This document shows, one piece after another, positions 30,369-38,611 of a stretch of DNA of 64,000 nt. The translations under genes and the position numbers were made by a program. Positions within the stretch are counted from its first letter, which is position 1; each line of letters begins with the position of its first letter. The notes beneath the pieces were generated by a model. It did no database searches. It was not told the DNA's origin and was given only the letters and a program-made list of their open reading frames with translations. The DNA lies in NCBI GenBank assembly GCA_035493815.1, contig DATJHQ010000019.1, positions 15,054 through 79,053 of the forward strand, in the 5' to 3' direction. Source of the DNA: Rariglobus sp. GTDB taxonomy: Bacteria; Verrucomicrobiota; Verrucomicrobiia; Opitutales; Opitutaceae.

Positions 30369-30374
30369 AGTGGA

Positions 30375-31439
30375 TCAGACGGTGGAGTTGGCGGTTTGTT
30401 TTTTTGAACAGGCGCGTTGCTTGATGAAATTGATACTGAGTGCGGTGACAAAAGTTCCCGCGATAATGGCGACGACATACATAAGCCGATGATTTACCAC
30501 CGGCAGCACGATGGGACCGCCATGCGGCGCCTGATCGCCCACACCGCCAAGCATGGCGATGACTGCGGCCGTCGCGGATCCGGCCACCAGACACGGGATG
30601 ACGCGAAACGGCTCCCCAGCCGCAAACGGAATCGCACCCTCGGTGATTCCAACCATGCCCATCGCAAACGCCGCCTTGCCAGCTTCGCGCTGCTCCTCGG
30701 TCCAGAGAGATTTGTTCAGAAATGTCGCCAGCCCCATGCCCAAAGGCGGCGTGCAAATCGCGGCAGCGATGCACCCCATGATCGCGACATTGCCCTGGCT
30801 GATCATCGCCGAGCCGAAGAAAAACGCCGCCTTGTTAATCGGCCCGCCCATATCAAACGCGATCATCGAACCAAGAATCAGCGCCAGCACGACCGCGTTG
30901 CCCTGATTCATCGTCTGCAACCATATCTCGAGCATTTTCATAAACTCGGCGATGGGCACGCCGACGACCTTCAACATCACAATGCCCACGATCAGCGACG
31001 AGAAAATCGGGATGATCAAAATGGGCATGATCGGCCGGATAACCGCAGGCACCGGAAGCTTCTTGATCACGTTGACCACATAGCCCGCCAGAAGCCCCGC
31101 CACCAACGCACCGAGAAATCCCGCACTCACCTTGCCCTCAATACCGTCGAGATGTCCGGCCAGATAACCACCGATGAATCCCGGAACGAGTCCCGGCTTG
31201 CTGGCCATCGCATAGGCGATGTAGCCGGCGAGCACCGGCAGCATGAGAGTGAACGACGTCACCCCGATATCCAGAATCAGCTTCAGTATAGGAGATCCTG
31301 AAAAATCAGCCCCTGTGGATGTCATCGGGGCAAAAGCGGTAGCTGCCGCGATCAAAATGCCGCCGCAGGCGATAAACGGAATGGCGAATGACACGCCGCT
31401 GAGCAGATACTGGCGAACCTTCTGGAGTTGTTCCTTCAT
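30375..31439 (-). CDS. PTS fructose-family EIIC permease
   Basis: Trimmed to ATG 31439 (MKEQLQKVRQYLLSGVSFAIPF). A multi-TM protein with the fructose-like IIC pattern (ITEGAIPFA). Confidence 0.88.
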   Translation of the reverse strand: MKEQLQKVRQYLLSGVSFAIPFIACGGILIAAATAFAPMTSTGADFSGSPILKLILDIGVTSFTLMLPVLAGYIAYAMASKPGLVPGFIGGYLAGHLDGIEGKVSAGFLGALVAGLLAGYVVNVIKKLPVPAVIRPIMPILIIPIFSSLIVGIVMLKVVGVPIAEFMKMLEIWLQTMNQGNAVVLALILGSMIAFDMGGPINKAAFFFGSAMISQGNVAIMGCIAAAICTPPLGMGLATFLNKSLWTEEQREAGKAAFAMGMVGITEGAIPFAAGEPFRVIPCLVAGSATAAVIAMLGGVGDQAPHGGPIVLPVVNHRLMYVVAIIAGTFVTALSINFIKQRACSKKQTANSTV

Positions 31440-31713
31440 GACAATCGGAAGACGGGGTGGGCAGAACCAAGACACCCGAGTCCCCTAGAAAATCCGTCTG
31501 TCCGCAATCAAACAGATGGGGCATTTGTTGTATTTATATACCATTTTGCAGGCATGACACCGGACTCTATTTCATCATTTATGTCTCCTGCTCCGGCTAA
31601 AAATCTCAGTAAGATCATGCATTTTCGTGCAGATCATCACACTCACCCGATCCGCTTTTCCCAGGGCCGGAGTAAGATTTCCGCCCACTCCGACTTAAAA
31701 TCCCCCAATTAGG

Positions 31714-31747
31714 CACAAAAAAGGCCCTTGGGAGTGCTCCAAGGGCC
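31714..31747 (-). terminator. Rho-independent terminator after tRNA-Met
   Basis: GGCCCTTGG-GAGTGCT-CCAAGGGCC. On the minus strand it is followed by TTTTTTGTG; it starts 7 nt after the tRNA 3' end. Confidence 0.75.
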
Positions 31748-31753
31748 AAAAAT

Positions 31754-31831
<78 letters not shown>

Positions 31832-32047
31832 CAAGTGGGAGGGCGAGAACATGGTTTCGCAGGGGGGCCTGTCAACGGCCTTTTTGTAAAAAAGCCCATT
31901 CTCCGCTTGCCAGCCCACCGCCGGCTCTCTGTGCTCTCACCTTCCTTCGCCCATTCCGGGCGCTGGTAAAACAACCATAACACTCATCTCACGATCGCAA
32001 GGCGGCCCATTGGCCGACCTGTGTTTCAGAAAGATAACATAGATCCC

Positions 32048-32941
32048 ATGAACGTAACTGCCAAAGACCTCCTCGATGCCGGCGTCCACTTCGGTCACCA
32101 GACCAAACGCTGGAACCCGCGCTCCAAGCCCTACGTGTTCGACCACCGCCAGGGCATCACCATCATCGACCTCGGCAAGACCCACGAGCTCCTCCAGAAG
32201 GCCTATTCCTTCATCGAGGACACCGTCGCCAATGGCGGCAACGTGCTCTTCGTCGGCACCAAGCGCCAGGCCCAGGAAATCATCCGCGAGGCCGCCATCG
32301 CCACCAACCAGCCCTACTGCGTCGACCGCTGGCTCGGCGGCACCCTGACCAATTTCGCCACCGTCAAGAAATCCATCGCGAAGTTCAAAAAGTATCAGCA
32401 GCAGGAAACCTCCGGCGAACTCGCCAAGCTCTCCTCCAAGGAAGAAGCCGCGATCAAGCGCGAGATGGTCCGCATGAACAAGAACTTTGCCGGCATCATG
32501 GACATGCCCGAGCTGCCCTCCGCCATGTTCGTCGTCGACACCGACCACGAGGAGATCGCCGTCGCCGAGGCCTCCCGCTCCGGCATCCCCTGCATCGGTC
32601 TCGTTGATACCAACGCCGACCCCACCAAGCTCTCCCACCCGATCCCGGGCAACGATGACGCCGTGAAGTCCATCCGCATCGTCGTCGACACCATCGTCGC
32701 CGCCGTGCAGAGCGGTCTCGCCCAGCGCGAGAGCCGTCGCTCGACCCGTGGCCAGGCCGACCTCAAGGCCGCTTCCGCCGCCGTCGCCGCCGCTTCCGGC
32801 GCCGTCAACGCCGACGGTGAAATCGATCTCTCCAAGATCGATATTCCTTCCGATGTCGCCCCCCTCGTCGAAGGCGAGCCCGTCGTCATCAAGAAGAAGA
32901 CCCCGGCCGCCCGCAAGAAGGTCGCCGCCCCCAAGGAATAA
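32048..32941 (+). CDS. rpsB: 30S ribosomal protein S2 (with a ~55-60 aa C-terminal extension)
   Basis: Trimmed to ATG 32048 (MNVTAKDLLDAGVHFGHQTKRWNPR). Conserved S2 core, and a tail ending KKKTPAARKKVAAPKE. Confidence 0.95.
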   Translation: MNVTAKDLLDAGVHFGHQTKRWNPRSKPYVFDHRQGITIIDLGKTHELLQKAYSFIEDTVANGGNVLFVGTKRQAQEIIREAAIATNQPYCVDRWLGGTLTNFATVKKSIAKFKKYQQQETSGELAKLSSKEEAAIKREMVRMNKNFAGIMDMPELPSAMFVVDTDHEEIAVAEASRSGIPCIGLVDTNADPTKLSHPIPGNDDAVKSIRIVVDTIVAAVQSGLAQRESRRSTRGQADLKAASAAVAAASGAVNADGEIDLSKIDIPSDVAPLVEGEPVVIKKKTPAARKKVAAPKE

Positions 32942-32962
32942 CCCGCCATCACTCACGCCATA

Positions 32963-33562
32963 ATGAGCACAACCGCCACCATCACCGCCCAACAAGTCAA
33001 CGACCTGCGCTCCCAAACGGGCGCCGGCCTCATGGACTGCAAGCGCGCGCTCGTAGAGACCAACGGCAACGTCGAAGAAGCCATCACCATCCTCCGCAAG
33101 AAGGGTGCCGCCTCGGCCGCCAAGCGCGCCGATCGCGAAGCCAAGGAAGGCCTCATCGAAAGCTACATCCACGTGGGTGGAAAAGTAGGCGTCATGATCG
33201 AGGTCAACTGCGAGACCGACTTCGTTGCCCGCAACGAAGACTTCAAGGCTCTGGTGAAAAACCTCGGCATGCATATCGCCGCCGCGAACCCGCTCTACGT
33301 CACCCGTGACCAGGTTCCCGAAGCCGATCTCGCCGCCGAACGCGACATCGCCGCCGCCCAGGTTGCCGGCAAGCCGCCCGCCGCCGTGCAGAAGATCGTC
33401 GAAGGCAAGATCGAGAAGTTCTACTCGACCATCGTTCTTCTCGATCAGCCCTACGTGAAGACCCCCGAGAAATCGGTCAAAGAAATCCTCACCGAGGCAA
33501 TCGCCAAGACCGGCGAAAACATCCAGGTGCGCCGCTTCGTCCGCTACCAGCTGGGCTCGTAA
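32963..33562 (+). CDS. tsf: Elongation factor Ts (short ~200-aa form)
   Basis: ITAQQVNDLRSQTGAGLMDCKRALVETNGNVEEAITILRKKG (UBA-like N-terminus). Immediately downstream of rpsB. Confidence 0.95.
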   Translation: MSTTATITAQQVNDLRSQTGAGLMDCKRALVETNGNVEEAITILRKKGAASAAKRADREAKEGLIESYIHVGGKVGVMIEVNCETDFVARNEDFKALVKNLGMHIAAANPLYVTRDQVPEADLAAERDIAAAQVAGKPPAAVQKIVEGKIEKFYSTIVLLDQPYVKTPEKSVKEILTEAIAKTGENIQVRRFVRYQLGS

Positions 33563-33585
33563 GCCAGGCAACATTGTTCAAAACC

Positions 33586-33616
33586 AAGGCGCGCCTTCAC
33601 CGGCGCGCCTTTTTTG
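33586..33616 (+). terminator. Rho-independent terminator after tsf
   Basis: AAGGCGCGCC-TTCACC-GGCGCGCCTT followed by a T-tract; 24 nt after the tsf stop. Confidence 0.85.
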
Positions 33617-33644
33617 CGTCCGCATTTGCGCTCCGTCCGCCGCC

Positions 33645-34070
33645 ATGCCTTGCTGCCTGCCCATGCGCGTCACCCGTGGCCAGATATTCGCCAGAGGCAT
33701 CTCCAACCGCTGCCCCAACTGCGGCGGAAACACGCTCTTCAAGGACGGCTCGATGTTCGAACTCAACCCGGAGTGCCCCCGCTGCGGCCTCAAGATCGAG
33801 CGGGACGAGGGCTTCTTCCTCGGCTCGATGTCGCTCAACTATGGCGTCACCGTGATCTGCTTCCTGGTTCCCGTTCTGATTCTTTATCTGGTCGACGCGC
33901 TCTCCGGCCCGGTCGCGGCGATCCTTGCCGGGATAGGCGCCATCGGCATCCCCATCCTGTTCTACCGCGCATCGCGCAGCTGGTGGCTTATGAGCTACTA
34001 TTTTTTCCTGCCCAGGCACCTGCCGGCCAACCAGCGGGCCCTGAACAAGGCCGAAGACAAGAACACTTAG
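33645..34070 (+). CDS. DUF983-like membrane protein with an N-terminal zinc ribbon
   Basis: 141 aa. CPNCGG...17 aa...CPRCG, followed by two hydrophobic helices. Confidence 0.6.
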   Translation: MPCCLPMRVTRGQIFARGISNRCPNCGGNTLFKDGSMFELNPECPRCGLKIERDEGFFLGSMSLNYGVTVICFLVPVLILYLVDALSGPVAAILAGIGAIGIPILFYRASRSWWLMSYYFFLPRHLPANQRALNKAEDKNT

Positions 34071-34140
34071 GCTCCCGACCGCGGCAAAGTTTCGGCTTCC
34101 GTTTTGCGGGGGGAGTTCTACGTTTTCGCCTCCACGCGCC

Positions 34141-34228
34141 GGAGAGGTGGCAGAGTGGTCTAACGCGCCGCACTCGAAATGCGGTGAACCGAAAGGTTCC
34201 GGGGGTTCGAATCCCTCCCTCTCCGCCA
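34141..34228 (+). tRNA. tRNA-Ser (CGA)
   Basis: GGAGAGGTGGCAGAGTGGTCTAACGCGCCGCACTCGAAATGCGGTGAACCGAAAGGTTCCGGGGGTTCGAATCCCTCCCTCTCCGCCA. Class II tRNA with a long variable arm, anticodon loop CTCGAAA, and CCA encoded. Confidence 0.92.
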
Positions 34229-34388
34229 TCTGGCTATCGTCAAAACATGCACCTTGCACAAGCAGGCGGATGAATCATCCGAATGCCGCAAGGAGGGATG
34301 AGAAACTTGGTTCGACGTAGTGAGCGAAGCGAACGAAGAAGGGGCGCGCACAGCGCGAGTGCGCAGCACCGACCGCAACGCGGTCGCC

Positions 34389-34408
34389 AATCCCTCCCTC
34401 TCCGCCAT
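34389..34408. repeat. Direct repeat of the tRNA-Ser 3' end (att-like scar)
   Basis: AATCCCTCCCTCTCCGCCAT at 34389-34408 is identical to 34210-34229 (T-loop end, acceptor 3' strand, CCA, plus 1 nt). The copies are 160 bp apart in direct orientation. Confidence 0.85.
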
Positions 34409-34419
34409 TTTCGCCAGAC

Positions 34420-35346
34420 TCAAACCTGAGTCTTGAAGTAGGCGATAGTGCGCTTGAGTCCTTCCTCGAGCTGCACGGTCGGCTCCCACTTGAGCACCTT
34501 GCGGGCAAGGGCGATGTCGGGACGGCGCTGCTTGGGGTCGTCATTGGGCAACGGCCGGTAAACTATCTTCGATTTTCCACCGACCAGCTTGAGCGTGATC
34601 TCGGCAAGCTGAAGCATGGTGAACTCACCGGGATTGCCGAGATTCACCGGGCCGATCGTCTCGGTCTGGTTCATGAGACGCACGAAACCCTCGATCAAAT
34701 CATCCACGTAACAGAACGAACGCGTCTGCAGACCGTCACCGTAGATCGTGATGTCTTCGCCCTTGAGCGCCTGCACGATGAAGTTGGACACCACGCGACC
34801 GTCATCCGGATGCATGCGCGGCCCATAGGTGTTAAAAATACGCACGATGCGGATATCCACCTGGTTCTGGCGGTGGTAATCCATGAACAGCGTCTCGGCC
34901 ACGCGCTTGCCTTCGTCATAACAGGAACGAATGCCGATCGGATTCACGTTGCCCCAGTAACTCTCGGGCTGCGGATGAACCGCCGGATCACCGTAGACCT
35001 CGGACGTGCTCGCTTGAAAGACGCGGGCCTTCGTGCGCTTGGCGAGTCCCAAACAATTGATCGCGCCCATGACCGAGGTCTTCACCGTCTTGATCGCGTT
35101 ATACTGGTAATGCGGAGGCGATGCGGGACAGGCGAGGTTGTAGATCTGATCCACCTCAAACTTATACGGATCAATCACATCATGCCGCACGAGTTCGAAA
35201 TTCGGATTGGCGAGCTGATGGGCGATGTTGCTTTTACGCCCCGTGAAAAAGTTATCGATGCAGATGACTTCGTTGCCGTCCGCCAGCAAACGGTCACAAA
35301 GATTGGAGCCAAGAAAGCCGGCGCCGCCGGTGACAAGGATACGCAT
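34420..35346 (-). CDS. UDP-glucuronate decarboxylase (UDP-xylose synthase), SDR family
   Basis: 308 aa. [14 protein letters not shown] Rossmann motif, catalytic YDEGKRVAE (YxxxK), and overall similarity to UXS/ArnA-decarboxylase-type enzymes. Confidence 0.85.
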   Translation of the reverse strand: MRILVTGGAGFLGSNLCDRLLADGNEVICIDNFFTGRKSNIAHQLANPNFELVRHDVIDPYKFEVDQIYNLACPASPPHYQYNAIKTVKTSVMGAINCLGLAKRTKARVFQASTSEVYGDPAVHPQPESYWGNVNPIGIRSCYDEGKRVAETLFMDYHRQNQVDIRIVRIFNTYGPRMHPDDGRVVSNFIVQALKGEDITIYGDGLQTRSFCYVDDLIEGFVRLMNQTETIGPVNLGNPGEFTMLQLAEITLKLVGGKSKIVYRPLPNDDPKQRRPDIALARKVLKWEPTVQLEEGLKRTIAYFKTQV

Positions 35347-35407
35347 GTTGGGGATATGGATAGGAGAACTTTAGCCGGACTGGCGAGGAGAGACTCGGTT
35401 AAAAATA

Positions 35408-36544
35408 TCAACGTGCCGCCGCACCCGCTTCATAACGGTCCACCCATGCGCGGTGCCAAGTCGCGTAGTCACCGGCTTCGATATGGGCGCGCGCCTGCGC
35501 CATGAGATCGAGGTAGAAATGGAGATTGTGAAGAGTAAGCAGTGTGCAGCTCAAAATTTCACCGGCCACGGTCAGGTGACGCAAATAGGCGCGTGAAAAC
35601 CGCGTTGTGTAGTTATTCACTTCTTCGCTGATCGGGCGCGGATCCGTGCGAAACTTTTCGTTGCGCAGGTTGATCGGGCCATCCGGCGTGAAGACGAGAC
35701 CGTTACGCGCCACGCGCGAAGGCAATACGCAGTCGAACATGTCCACACCAAGCGCGACCATCTTGAGCAACTGCGGAGGCGTGCCCAGTCCCATCGTGTA
35801 GCGCGGCTTGTCCGCCGGCATGAATGGCGTGGTCGCGCCGACCTGCTTGAGCATCTCGGGCTCAGGCTCACCCACACTCACTCCACCGACCGCGTAGCCG
35901 GGGAAATCCAATGCTGCCAGTGACTGGGCGGCTTCACGCCGCAGGTCATCGTAGGTCGACCCCTGCACGATGGCGAAAACATGGTGGCCGGCCGCGAGAA
36001 AACCACTGTCCGTGGCGATCTGCTTGCACTGCTTGGCCCAACGATAACTGCGGGCGACCGCCTCGGCCGTGGCATCACGTTCGCATGGCCAGGGCGGACA
36101 TTCGTCGATCACCATCGCGATGTCGCTGCCGAGATTTTGCTGGATGGACATGACCTCGCGCGGTCCGAGAAAAAGGCTTTTACCATCCAAGTGAGACTGA
36201 AACTCCACGCCGTCGTCGTGCATCTTGCGCAGCTTCGCGAGCGAGAATACCTGGAAGCCGCCGCTGTCCGTGAGGATGGGACCATCCCAGCCCATGAACT
36301 TGTGGAGTCCGCCCAATTCCCCGATCAACTCACTGGTGGGACGCAGATTTAGATGATAGGTGTTACCCAGAATAATCTGTGCGCCGATCTCATGCAGATG
36401 CGCCGGAGTGAGCGACTTGACCGTGCCTTGCGTGCCCACCGGCATGAAGATGGGCGTCTCGATCACGCCATGCCGGGTGGTCAGGCGGCCCCGGCGGGCG
36501 GCGGTCGCGGTATCGGTCTTAAGAAGCTGGAAGTGTTGGGCCAT
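35408..36544 (-). CDS. tgt: Queuine tRNA-ribosyltransferase
   Basis: Trimmed to ATG 36544 ([39 protein letters not shown]). [17 protein letters not shown] motif. Confidence 0.95.
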   Translation of the reverse strand: MAQHFQLLKTDTATAARRGRLTTRHGVIETPIFMPVGTQGTVKSLTPAHLHEIGAQIILGNTYHLNLRPTSELIGELGGLHKFMGWDGPILTDSGGFQVFSLAKLRKMHDDGVEFQSHLDGKSLFLGPREVMSIQQNLGSDIAMVIDECPPWPCERDATAEAVARSYRWAKQCKQIATDSGFLAAGHHVFAIVQGSTYDDLRREAAQSLAALDFPGYAVGGVSVGEPEPEMLKQVGATTPFMPADKPRYTMGLGTPPQLLKMVALGVDMFDCVLPSRVARNGLVFTPDGPINLRNEKFRTDPRPISEEVNNYTTRFSRAYLRHLTVAGEILSCTLLTLHNLHFYLDLMAQARAHIEAGDYATWHRAWVDRYEAGAAAR

Positions 36545-36614
36545 TTGCGCGCCCCACCCTACCCGCACGCTTGACCCCCCTGTCAATCTACGAGGTAATG
36601 CATGGCTAAACGCC

Positions 36615-37181
36615 GTGCTGCTCGTCATCGACAATTACGATTCGTTCACCTTCAACCTCGTCCAGTATTTTGGCCAACTGGGCGTGTCGCAACGCGTCTT
36701 TCGCAACAACGAGATCACGCCCGCCGAAGCCCTCGCGCTCAACCCCGACCGCGTGCTCATTTCGCCCGGCCCCTGCTCGCCCACCGAAGCGGGTGTCTCC
36801 CTCGACATGATCGAGGCCTTCGCCGGCAAAAAACCCATCTTTGGTGTCTGCTTAGGCCACCAATCAATAGGCCACTACTTCGGCGGCCATGTCGTGCGCG
36901 CCGACCGCCTCATGCACGGCAAGACCTCGCCCATTCTTCACAAGAACACCGACGTCTTCAAAGGCCTCCCCCAAGGCTTCGCCGCCACCCGCTACCACTC
37001 CCTGCTCGTCGAACGCTCCACTCTGCCCGATAGCTTGGAAATCACCGCCGAAACCAAAGAGGGCGAGATCATGGGCCTGCGCCACAAGACGCTTCCCATC
37101 TGGGGAGTGCAGTTCCACCCCGAGTCCATCGCGACCGAAGGCGGCATGAAGATCTTGGAGAACTTTCTCTCACTCAACTGA
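36615..37181 (+). CDS. Glutamine amidotransferase of anthranilate / aminodeoxychorismate synthase (component II)
   Basis: The track ORF begins inside tgt antisense sequence, so I trimmed it to GTG 36615 ((M)[18 protein letters not shown]). Nucleophile context [10 protein letters not shown] and WGVQFHPES. Confidence 0.88.
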   Translation: MLLVIDNYDSFTFNLVQYFGQLGVSQRVFRNNEITPAEALALNPDRVLISPGPCSPTEAGVSLDMIEAFAGKKPIFGVCLGHQSIGHYFGGHVVRADRLMHGKTSPILHKNTDVFKGLPQGFAATRYHSLLVERSTLPDSLEITAETKEGEIMGLRHKTLPIWGVQFHPESIATEGGMKILENFLSLN

Positions 37182-37192
37182 TCACCCCTCCC

Positions 37193-37660
37193 ATGCGCTG
37201 CCCCAAATGCACATCCATCGAGGACAAGGTCATCGACTCCCGTATCAGCAAGGAGGGAAGCTCGATCCGCCGACGCCGTGAATGCCTGGAGTGCGGCAAT
37301 CGCTTCACCACCACCGAGCTGCTGGTGCGCGAAGGACTCGTGATCATCAAGCGTGACGGGCGCCGCGAAGACTTTGATCGCGAAAAGCTCGTCCGTGCCG
37401 TGCGCGCCGCCTGCCACAAACGTCCCGTGGACAACGAGCAGATCGGCATGCTCATCGAGGATGTGATCGACATCCTCGAGGCCCAATACGACACCGAGAT
37501 CCCCTCGCACGCCGTCGGCGACGCCGTCATGCAGCGCCTGCGCAAGATCGACGAGGTCGCCTACGTCCGCTTCGCCAGCGTGTATAAGGAATTTCGTGAC
37601 GTCTCCGAGTTCATGCACGAGATCAACGCCCTCGACAAAAAGCCCGATCCGCACGCCTGA
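37193..37660 (+). CDS. nrdR: Transcriptional repressor NrdR
   Basis: MRCPKCTSIEDKVIDSR...CLECGNRFTT zinc ribbon plus an ATP-cone domain. Confidence 0.95.
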   Translation: MRCPKCTSIEDKVIDSRISKEGSSIRRRRECLECGNRFTTTELLVREGLVIIKRDGRREDFDREKLVRAVRAACHKRPVDNEQIGMLIEDVIDILEAQYDTEIPSHAVGDAVMQRLRKIDEVAYVRFASVYKEFRDVSEFMHEINALDKKPDPHA

Positions 37661-38166
37661 TGCCAGCCCCCGCACGCGACGACCTGCGCCGCCTCCACTT
37701 TATAAATGCGCTCTTTGCGCAAGTCACCGGCCACGATCTCTATCTCGCCCAGCAGATCAAGGAAGCCATTGCCTTCAGCCTGGGAGAACTGGAAGAACAG
37801 ACCCGCGAACACCCCGAGTTTGCCGCCAAATACGACTCGGCCTTCAACGCCTCCGCCGCACGTTTGCTTGAAAGTTTTTTTGCCGGCCAGCCACGTCACG
37901 GTTTTTTTCATTGGGATGCCCTGAGCACATTGACCTCGGCCACACCTCTCTTCGCCCGCGCCGAATTGATGACCGGCCTCAAGCGCCTCGCCCCCTATCG
38001 CGAGTCCACGCTCCTCGTCACCAACCTGCGGCCCGCATTGCTGCCCCCCGAAAAACGCGCCACCCCGCGCCGCCAACGCGAATACGAAGAGGCCCTCGCC
38101 TATACCCGCGAACTCGCCGCCGCCCGCACCGCCCCCAGCGCCGACCTGCGACTGCTGTTTCTCTGA
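37660..38166 (+). CDS. Hypothetical protein, translationally coupled to nrdR
   Basis: 168-aa ORF. Its ATG overlaps the nrdR stop (TGATG at 37658-37662). Predicted helical and soluble. No family recognised. Confidence 0.55.
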   Translation: MPAPARDDLRRLHFINALFAQVTGHDLYLAQQIKEAIAFSLGELEEQTREHPEFAAKYDSAFNASAARLLESFFAGQPRHGFFHWDALSTLTSATPLFARAELMTGLKRLAPYRESTLLVTNLRPALLPPEKRATPRRQREYEEALAYTRELAAARTAPSADLRLLFL

Positions 38167-38204
38167 GCGTTGCCTCCGCGGGGCTTTGTGTTTCCGATCA
38201 CCCC

Positions 38205-38546
38205 ATGTCGAAAACGATTTTCCAACGCATCATCGACCGCGAGATTCCGGCAAAGATCGAGCACGAGGACGACCGCTGCATCGTCATCCACGACCGCGAA
38301 CCGCAGGCGCCCGTGCACCTGCTCATCATTCCCAAAAACGTGATCCCTCGCGTGGGCGATGCCGCGCCCGCCAACGAAACCGTGCTCGGCCACCTCTTGC
38401 TCACTGCCGGCACGGTCGCAAAAAAACTCCAGCTTGATCGCGGCTTCCGCCTCGTCATCAACCACGGCCCCGACGCCTGCGAGACCGTTCCACACCTGCA
38501 CGTCCACATGCTGGCCAAACGCCAGATGACCTGGCCCCCGGGTTGA
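38205..38546 (+). CDS. HIT-family (histidine triad) nucleotide-binding protein, HinT-like
   Basis: Trimmed to ATG 38205 (MSKTIFQRIIDREIPAKIEHEDD). Histidine triad VPHLHVHML. Confidence 0.9.
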   Translation: MSKTIFQRIIDREIPAKIEHEDDRCIVIHDREPQAPVHLLIIPKNVIPRVGDAAPANETVLGHLLLTAGTVAKKLQLDRGFRLVINHGPDACETVPHLHVHMLAKRQMTWPPG

Positions 38547-38611
38547 GCAATCGGCAATCTGTTTATGCCATCCGAACGCGAAGGGGCTTATTCCCTCCGC
38601 GTTCAGATTTC

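Noticed and set aside
31937-33574. 545-aa minus-strand ORF opposite rpsB-tsf.
   Set aside because: It is antisense to two universally conserved genes and its translation is Gly/Asp/Ala-rich low complexity.
34229-34388. Calling the 160-bp segment between the tRNA-Ser repeat copies a mobile element.
   Set aside because: No integrase, excisionase or any ORF is present. Only a repeat/scar can be supported, so it is reported as a repeat and a finding, not as a mobile_element.
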